A stretch of DNA of 64,000 bases from assembly GCA_963775685.1 (NCBI GenBank), contig CAVZJV010000014.1:1824001-1888000 (forward strand). The letters run 5' to 3'. Position numbers and translations under genes: made by a program. This document shows, one piece after another, positions 57,386 to 64,000 of the stretch (position 1 is its first letter; every line of letters starts with the position of its first letter). The notes beneath the pieces are model-generated. The model was not told the DNA's origin. It did no database searches and saw only the letters and a list, made by a program, of their open reading frames with translations. The stretch comes from Candidatus Bathyarchaeota archaeon (lineage in GTDB: Archaea; Thermoproteota; Bathyarchaeia; Bathyarchaeales; Bathycorpusculaceae).

Positions 57386-58391
57386 ATGCAAGACCAAAAG
57401 CAAGTAGTAAGCGCGATGCTCACACCAGAAGCTTATCCCCAAAACCCTGGCAAAATTGAGCTTATCCAAACCCACATATCCTTTGTGTTCTTAACCGAGA
57501 ATTTTGTTTATAAAGTAAAAAAAGCGGTTAACTTTGGCTTCCTTGACTTCTCCACAAAAGACAAAAGACGCTTGTTCTGCGAAAAAGAATTAGAGCTCAA
57601 CAGACGGCTCTGTCCAGAAATATACCTCGAAGTTGTTCCAATTAACAAGTCAGACATCATCAAAATAAGGGGAAGCGGCGAAACCGTAGAGTATGCCCTA
57701 AAGATGAAACGATTGCCTCAAGAACGAATCATGACCCTGCTCATAAAAGAAAACAGAGTTGACAAAAAAATAATCGACGATATAGCCAACATAGTTGCAG
57801 AATTCCATTTAAGAGCCCAAACAAGCCCTGAGATTGACGAATTCGGCTCCCTGAAAATCATTAGGACTAACTGGGATGAAAACTTTGCCCAAACCACAAA
57901 ATACTTAAACCAATCCATCACCCAAAAAGACTTCCAACTTATCCAAATCAATATAAATGCTTTTCGAAAACAAGAAAGCGCTTTTTGAAAGTAGAATCAC
58001 TGACAAACGTATCCGAGATTGCCATGGTGACTTGCACTCCGGCAACATCTTTATAACCGACAAAATCTGCATTTTCGACGCTATTGAGTTCAACGATCGT
58101 TTCCGCTATTCTGATGTTGCTTCGGATGTAGCCTTCTTAGCAATGGACCTAGATTATCAGCAACGAGGAAACCTTGCCAACTACTTCATAGAACGTTATG
58201 TGGTCTATTGTAAAGACCAGCAACTACTAAGTGTGCTTGAATTCTACAAGTGTTACCGCGCCTATGTGCGGGGCAAAGTAATCAGCTTCAGGCTCGACGA
58301 CCCAAACATTTCCGCAAAAGAAAAAGCAGCGGCGATCACAGAAGCTCAAGCATACTTCAAATTAGCCACTCAATATGCACGGAACCTTTAA
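57386..58391 (+). pseudogene. Aminoglycoside-phosphotransferase-like kinase (Rv2004c N-terminal type), interrupted by a +1 frameshift near 57960
   Basis: First half QTHISFVF, YKVKK, ELELNRRL; second half IRDCHGDLH, DAIEFN, DVAFLAMDL, YRAYVRGKV in another frame. Confidence 0.8.
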
Positions 58392-58394
58392 CAG

Positions 58395-59261
58395 CTATGG
58401 GAATTGGTTGGCTACCCAATGGGGAATTCCCATGGTTCCCATAATTATTGGTTTTTGATGACAATCGCTGCCTCCCGTCGCAATCAAGCCATGCTGCTTT
58501 GCAAAAGCCAAGTAATGTTTTGTGGTTTCTGGAGTGCTTCTTGAATGCCAGCATTCAACGCCGTCGATGGACGGCAACATTTTTTCCTCAACAATTTGGG
58601 TTTGTTCGGCCAACACATTGGTTAAAGCGACCAGTGAGGTTCCATGAGGGTCGTTTGGGTGTGCCAAGACCAGTTTTCCGCCTGCATTCCTGATGAGCTT
58701 TGAGGCTTCTTCTATATAGAGTGGGAACTTAGGGACATCACATTTGACTAGGTACTTGTCAAAGGCTTCTTGGCGTGTTTTAACGATTCCTTTCTTAACA
58801 AGATAGTCGGCGATGTGGGGTCTGCCAAGGGTTCCGTCGACGGATTCATGAATTTGCCTAAAGGTGTCTTCTGATAAAGTTGCAATATTTTCTTTTTGAA
58901 ATTCAGCATTGAGGTTTTCGAGGATTTTGGTTGCCCTCTCCTCACGATACTTAGCCATTGTTTCCAGCTTGCTCTCCAATGAATGGTTGGTCGCGTCGAA
59001 ACGGTAACCTAAAAAATCCAACGAAACCGTTTTGCCTCTATGAAAACTGGGGTGAGAAAAAGTCACGTTCAACTCGACACCAGTAAGGTACCGTACATTT
59101 GATTTTTTTCCTAGCGTTATCGCTCGGGTTTGGCCTGTTATGGTGTCATGGTCGGCAACTGCTAAAAAGCCAATGTCTCTGGCTTGAGCTTCAATGAAAA
59201 TTTCTTGGAGGGTCATTTTTCCATCGGAATTCTTAGAGTGGATATGTAAATCAATTTTCAT
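58395..59261 (-). CDS. PHP-domain phosphoesterase (TrpH/YciV-like)
   Basis: DLHIHSKNSDG, ADHDT, GVELN, GRPH, LAHP, GGSDCH. Confidence 0.9.
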   Translation of the reverse strand: MKIDLHIHSKNSDGKMTLQEIFIEAQARDIGFLAVADHDTITGQTRAITLGKKSNVRYLTGVELNVTFSHPSFHRGKTVSLDFLGYRFDATNHSLESKLETMAKYREERATKILENLNAEFQKENIATLSEDTFRQIHESVDGTLGRPHIADYLVKKGIVKTRQEAFDKYLVKCDVPKFPLYIEEASKLIRNAGGKLVLAHPNDPHGTSLVALTNVLAEQTQIVEEKMLPSIDGVECWHSRSTPETTKHYLAFAKQHGLIATGGSDCHQKPIIMGTMGIPHWVANQFP

Positions 59262-59274
59262 CGGTTGGCGCTCG

Positions 59275-59880
59275 TTATCTCTTTTCCATTCCAACCACAT
59301 TCCATTGGTCAGTTTCATCGTGGCAGGTGTCGACTATTAAATGAGTCACATTGAGTGTTGGATATTTTTCCTTTAAGTCCTTTATATTTACGAGTTCAAA
59401 CTTGTTCTTGTTAGCAAGATAAGCTTCCTCTGTTAAGGCGTTTGACTCATATTTTTCTTTTGTCCGTCTCATAATCCTATTGATTGAAACTTCCTGTGGG
59501 CAACTGGTTTGTAGGATAACAAAAGTCATGTTGTTTTTAGTTGCTATTTCAGCTGCACGCCGACGAAGTTCTTGAGTAACAAACGTAGCGTCTAAGATCA
59601 AACCGCCCTTCCCCTTTGCAGCTTGTTCATCTGCACGGCGAAACAATTCATCATAGACGGATAATCGCTTGTTCATGTTTCCCGCAACTTTTGTATCAAA
59701 AATATCCTCATTCCTGAGGACTTCCAGCCGAATCAAGTCGCTGCGAAGGATAGGGTAGCCTTTGATTTTTGAAACTTCCTCTGAAGTTTCTGTTTTGTAA
59801 CTTGCAGGCAATCCACATGTTATGAGTAAGGTTCTTGGTTCTAACTCTTTTTTGATAAACGAGGCAAAAGGGTCTTTCAT
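59275..59880 (-). CDS. AAA_33-type P-loop kinase
   Basis: GLPASYKT (variant Walker A), RSDLIR, ILDATF..RRR. Confidence 0.8.
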   Translation of the reverse strand: MKDPFASFIKKELEPRTLLITCGLPASYKTETSEEVSKIKGYPILRSDLIRLEVLRNEDIFDTKVAGNMNKRLSVYDELFRRADEQAAKGKGGLILDATFVTQELRRRAAEIATKNNMTFVILQTSCPQEVSINRIMRRTKEKYESNALTEEAYLANKNKFELVNIKDLKEKYPTLNVTHLIVDTCHDETDQWNVVGMEKR

Positions 59881-60011
59881 TTGTATCTCTCACAAGAACC
59901 TCTGGATATTAAATAATTAAACTTTTTTAAGAAAACATCTATCACTTTGAGTGTTGAAGAGCAAATTCTAAATAGGTAGATACCCCAATGTTCCTGAAAA
60001 GAAGGAATACC

Positions 60012-61268
60012 ATGGAAGATTTCCAAGTTAAAGATAAAAGTTTAGCGTCTCAAGGTCACCTACAGATAGAATGGGCATCAAAACATATGCCTGTTCTAAA
60101 CATCATTAAAACTCGTTTTGAAAAAGAAAAACCACTAGAAGGTCAAACCCTAGCGGCATGCCTTCATGTGACTAAAGAAACGGCAGTTCTTATAAAAGTG
60201 CTCATCTCGGGGGGCGCCAAAGTTGCGTTATGCGGCTCAAACCCACTCTCAACCCAAGACGATGTTGCAGCAGCTCTTGCTGACAGTGGCGTGCATGTTT
60301 TCGCTTGGAGAGGACAAAACACTGAAGACTACTACAAATGCATTGACAATGTGTTAGATTACAAGCCAACCATCACAATGGATGACGGCGCAGATGTCGT
60401 CGGCATGTTGCATGGTAAACGCCAAGCAGACATCAAAAACGTTAAAGGCGGAACTGAAGAAACCACCACTGGTGTAGTTCGCCTAAAAGCCATGGAACAA
60501 GATGGCAGCCTGAAATATCCCATCGTAGCAGTCAACGACGCTTACACAAAGTATCTCTTTGATAACCGCTATGGAACAGGTCAAAGCACAATCGACGGTA
60601 TTCTGCGTGCAACTTCTGTTCTGCTTGCTGGCAAAAACTTTGTAGTGGGCGGATACGGCTGGTGCAGCAGAGGTATTGCTATGCGGGCCCGAGGCTTAGG
60701 TGCTAACGTAATAGTGACAGAAGTTCAACCGATCCGTGCCCTCGAAGCCGTTATGGACGGTTTAAGAGTCATGCCCATGGCTGAAGCGTCACCAGTTGGT
60801 GACATATTCGTCACTGCAACAGGCGACATAAGCGTTATACGCAAAGAGCACATGGAAAAGATGAAGGATGGTGCCATTATATGCAACAGCGGCCACTTCA
60901 ACGTAGAAATAAACATAAAAGACTTAGAATCACTCTCAAAAGCTCACCGCACAATGCGTCCAAACATGGAAGAATATACCCTTAACGATGGCAGAAACCT
61001 TTACCTCCTCGCAGAAGGTAGACTAGTCAATTTGGCAGCAGCAGAAGGTCACCCCTCAGAGGTCATGGATATGTCTTTTGCAAACCAAGCCCTCTGCTCC
61101 GAATACATTGCCAAATCGATTAAACTGCAAACTAAAGTCTACACTGTTCCAAAAGAAATCGATGAGAAAGTTGCAGAGTTAAAACTACAAAGCATAGGCA
61201 TAGTCATCGATGAGCTTACCGCTGAACAGAAAAAGTACCTTTCAACTTGGGAAATGGGTACTACCTAA
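60012..61268 (+). CDS. ahcY: Adenosylhomocysteinase
   Basis: [48 protein letters not shown]. Confidence 0.96.
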   Translation: MEDFQVKDKSLASQGHLQIEWASKHMPVLNIIKTRFEKEKPLEGQTLAACLHVTKETAVLIKVLISGGAKVALCGSNPLSTQDDVAAALADSGVHVFAWRGQNTEDYYKCIDNVLDYKPTITMDDGADVVGMLHGKRQADIKNVKGGTEETTTGVVRLKAMEQDGSLKYPIVAVNDAYTKYLFDNRYGTGQSTIDGILRATSVLLAGKNFVVGGYGWCSRGIAMRARGLGANVIVTEVQPIRALEAVMDGLRVMPMAEASPVGDIFVTATGDISVIRKEHMEKMKDGAIICNSGHFNVEINIKDLESLSKAHRTMRPNMEEYTLNDGRNLYLLAEGRLVNLAAAEGHPSEVMDMSFANQALCSEYIAKSIKLQTKVYTVPKEIDEKVAELKLQSIGIVIDELTAEQKKYLSTWEMGTT

Positions 61269-61346
61269 TCACTCAAGCGCTTGGAAAACATGACAAACTT
61301 TAAATTGATTAAGCGAATACATGGCTATAAAGTGGTGAATCACTAA

Positions 61347-61721
61347 ATGGTTAGCAAAGATCAAGGAATAGGTGGAGCAATACTTGTAGTTTGCGTTGTG
61401 GTAGCTATTGGCTATCTAGTTACATTGTTCTATCCAACTTGGCTTCATAGCATCGGTCTTATTGGAGGTTCATCTGACGCACTGAAAAATGCACAGTTCT
61501 GGATAATCGCAATACCAGTTTTCGTAGCTTTCGTAGCTATCCTATTCATAGGAGCATGGATAGGCTGGACAATGGCAACAACACCCCCTCCAAAACCAAT
61601 CGAAGAAATCACAACCGAAATCGAAGACAAAAAAGAAGAGCCAAAAATGGATGAACCTGCCACGGCAGCAACCGACCCAGCAACCACCGAAGAAAAAACA
61701 GCAGCGAAGAAAAAGAAGTAA
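61347..61721 (+). CDS. Conserved archaeal two-TM membrane protein
   Basis: Two hydrophobic helices, WIGWTMATTPPPKPIEE, charged tail. Confidence 0.8.
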   Translation: MVSKDQGIGGAILVVCVVVAIGYLVTLFYPTWLHSIGLIGGSSDALKNAQFWIIAIPVFVAFVAILFIGAWIGWTMATTPPPKPIEEITTEIEDKKEEPKMDEPATAATDPATTEEKTAAKKKK

Positions 61722-61751
61722 AAACCTTCAATCTTTCTTATAATACTCCCA

Positions 61752-61777
61752 TTTCAGTTTTTTTTCTTTTTATTTTG
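61752..61777 (+). terminator. Putative oligo-T terminator
   Basis: tttcagttttttttctttttattttg between convergent genes. Confidence 0.45.
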
Positions 61778-61798
61778 CATAATAAGAACGTTGGTTAT

Positions 61799-62174
61799 TT
61801 ATTCACGCATTTTCTTTAGCATACAATTGACAATGTCTTTACATACAAGGCATTCATCTGGGATCTGTTCGTTTGAAGATCTTTCACTTAAGTATCCAGG
61901 GTGAAAATTACAAGCAGCTTGCTTATGGCTATTCTGGGTTTTCCCTTTATTTTCTTCAGCGTTTGTTTTTGGTTGAGCATTTCCAATCTCTATTTCTTCA
62001 GTTTTTTTATCTGTCCTCAAAGAAGTCTCTAATTTTTTTATTTTAGTTAAGCAAAAAGGGCAGGCAAAAAATGTTTCTGAGGGGGTGATCTGTTGGTTTA
62101 AAGTTTTGAGGGGAACAGTAAAGCTTTTTCTGCAGGATGGGTTTTGGCATGTGTACGCTTCTTTTTTCCCCCAT
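61799..62174 (-). pseudogene. Cys-rich Zn-finger hypothetical protein with ATG out of frame (G5A6 tract)
   Basis: Frame of 61799..62020 extends upstream as YTCQNPSCRKSF..FACPFC with no in-frame start; ATG at 62174 is one base out. Confidence 0.65.
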
Positions 62175-62253
62175 GTTCTAAGGTAAGACTAATTCTTCTA
62201 TCTATGAGCGCTACTGGCTTATAGCATTATTGAATCTAAACTAATATTACAGA

Positions 62254-63450
62254 CTATTCGATGTCGCAGGTTTGAGTTGGGGAGGCGAGTCGTTTTAAGT
62301 CATCCGCGCCTTCAGCGTAGCCGGAAGCAACCAAGATGTCGCCCGCAGTAATTTTTGATTCTCCGCGTGGACGTATACATTTTTCATTTCTCTTTATGAC
62401 TAAGACCCACATTCCTGTTTCCTCATTCACACGTGCCTCTTTTAAGGATTTTCCAACTAGCGATGAATCCGCCGTTACACAAGCTTGCGTCACCGTTTCT
62501 TCTGCTTCTTTAATAGTTAACTTCAGAATAGGGTGCGGTTCGATCTCTCTTAATACAACCTCAGCCATGTCGGCGGCTGCGTCAGCAATCTTTTCTGTTG
62601 CAATGCCCAGCCGGATTAACCCTAGAAAGCCTGAAGCCTCCTCTTTCTTGAAGTCACTTGTTAACGCAAGCAACTCAAAATCCGTATGCAGCTGATCCAT
62701 CCGCTCTTCGAGCCCCTCTACTTCCTCTGCTAATTCTTTGCTATTCAGCATCAAGGACGAATATGCTAAGTCCATCATCAATTCGGAAGTATCCTTAAGT
62801 TCTACAAACCTTGAAACGATTTCTTCAAATTTAGCCCGCTTATCAGTATCTAGCATGGCGAGTTTGCCCTCAGCTAAGTTTTTGAATTCCTTAATTCCTA
62901 AGGGTGCACCCCGGGTGATCAGTATGTCGCCTTGAAACACGGTCTCTTCCTCTTTTGGGTTTAGTATCCAATCGTGGTTTCTGCGAATGGCTATAATGTC
63001 AACGCCCATCCGAGCCGCCAAATTGAGTTCACCGATGTTTTTTTTGATGATTTGCGAGTTTGGCTTCACGGTTACCTTCATTAGGTGTTCTTCGACTTTC
63101 TCAAAGATTTCGCCAACAATCGGGTGTACGCCAATGTTTCGGGTTACTATAGCTGCAATATCAGCTGCGGCGTCGGAAATTTTATCCACCGAAGCCGCTA
63201 CTATGGATACGCCGATGAGAGACTCAGCGTCCTTTGCGTCTCTTGCTGCGACCATTATTTCCATATCCAAAAGATATGACAGATAATCAACCCTGCTCTC
63301 CAAGGCAAGCACGTCTTCTGCAAGGTCCTTGTCGTTATATAAGGCAGAAGAGTAAGCTAAATCAATCATTAATTCAGAGAGATTCTTCATCTCAAGTAAC
63401 AATTCTCTGACGGGGATGGGTTTATATTCTATTTTTTCAAATTTAGGCAA
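62254..63450 (-). CDS. Tandem PhoU + TrkA-C (RCK_C) domain protein
   Basis: Duplicated EMKNLSELMIDLAYSS / ELKDTSELMMDLAYSS units, each followed by an RCK_C domain. Confidence 0.85.
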   Translation of the reverse strand: MPKFEKIEYKPIPVRELLLEMKNLSELMIDLAYSSALYNDKDLAEDVLALESRVDYLSYLLDMEIMVAARDAKDAESLIGVSIVAASVDKISDAAADIAAIVTRNIGVHPIVGEIFEKVEEHLMKVTVKPNSQIIKKNIGELNLAARMGVDIIAIRRNHDWILNPKEEETVFQGDILITRGAPLGIKEFKNLAEGKLAMLDTDKRAKFEEIVSRFVELKDTSELMMDLAYSSLMLNSKELAEEVEGLEERMDQLHTDFELLALTSDFKKEEASGFLGLIRLGIATEKIADAAADMAEVVLREIEPHPILKLTIKEAEETVTQACVTADSSLVGKSLKEARVNEETGMWVLVIKRNEKCIRPRGESKITAGDILVASGYAEGADDLKRLASPTQTCDIE

Positions 63451-63511
63451 TGTTGATGGAGCGCTCCATGGTTAAGATAAGGGTTCTTTGATATTTAATT
63501 TTGTCTTTAGC

Positions 63512-64000
63512 CTAAATGATTAAAACTAAAGCTACAAGAAGGGCAATGGTTGTTATGGTGTCGGCTAAAGAACTCCCGACAGGTATGACAAAGTTGTCAG
63601 GGTCTAAGCCTCTTTTGAATGTTACTATTGAAATTGCATAGGATAAAACCACGATGAAGAAAAAAGCGATTATGTTGGAAGCAAAAAGTATCAATAAAAT
63701 ATTGGAAACCGCCTGCAGAGAAAATATTCCATTCAACGCTAAAGATAACAATCCCAAGACCGAAAACAGCATAAGGGATGCAGTCCAAGCACTGAGAATG
63801 TTTTTGGAATGATTCTTAATCGATGAAAACGTGGGCGAAAGGACTCCTAATGCAAGTTTTGTAGTAGCAGCTGAGCCAACAACTAGTCCTACATCGCCCA
63901 TCATGTCAATTATGGCTGGATAAACAGTGTAGATTATCTTACGGCCATCCGCTATTATATTTATTCCTTTAAGCACCGTTCCAGCTATGTTTGCCATAAA
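63512..64000 (-). CDS. MgtE-like divalent cation transporter (5' end outside window)
   Basis: GLDPDNFVIP..SLAD motif, PAIIDMMGDVG. Confidence 0.82.
   Translation of the reverse strand, partial: FMANIAGTVLKGINIIADGRKIIYTVYPAIIDMMGDVGLVVGSAATTKLALGVLSPTFSSIKNHSKNILSAWTASLMLFSVLGLLSLALNGIFSLQAVSNILLILFASNIIAFFFIVVLSYAISIVTFKRGLDPDNFVIPVGSSLADTITTIALLVALVLII

Noticed and set aside
1-64000. tRNA, rRNA, SRP RNA, CRISPR arrays, transposases/integrases
   Set aside because: No T-arm signature, long GC-rich structured RNA, regularly spaced 25-40 bp repeats or transposase motifs were seen by eye; a tRNAscan/Infernal run would be needed to be certain.

Overview
Archaeal chromosomal window, most consistent with Bathyarchaeia (TACK): PolD, Elf1, a thaumarchaeosortase-like gene and TACK-type synteny are present. 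It is dense in informational housekeeping genes: RFC, GINS/MCM, PCNA, primase, PolD DP1/DP2, RNAP subunits, r-proteins, tRNA/rRNA modification enzymes and SRP54. It contains a cdc6/orc1-adjacent replication origin with ORB boxes and an AT-rich unwinding element (~51.5-52.15 kb). The most interesting unexplained structure lies just left of the origin (48.8-51.4 kb). There, two clusters of about 20 RTCAC/GTGAY motifs, partly helically phased and including two GTGACGTCAC palindromes, are interleaved with three uncharacterised putative DNA-binding genes. One of these encodes a membrane-anchor + coiled-coil + winged-helix protein with an apparently non-canonical start. I propose this as a candidate origin-tethering/segregation or cell-cycle module. 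Other oddities are a 55-bp scar that appears to be the fused ends of a deleted aIF2-alpha gene, two frameshifted genes, a split kinase/AAA_33 + PHP module, and glycosylation/sortase genes inserted in replication operons. No tRNA, rRNA, CRISPR or IS elements were recognised. All calls are by eye from motifs and synteny; no searches were run.
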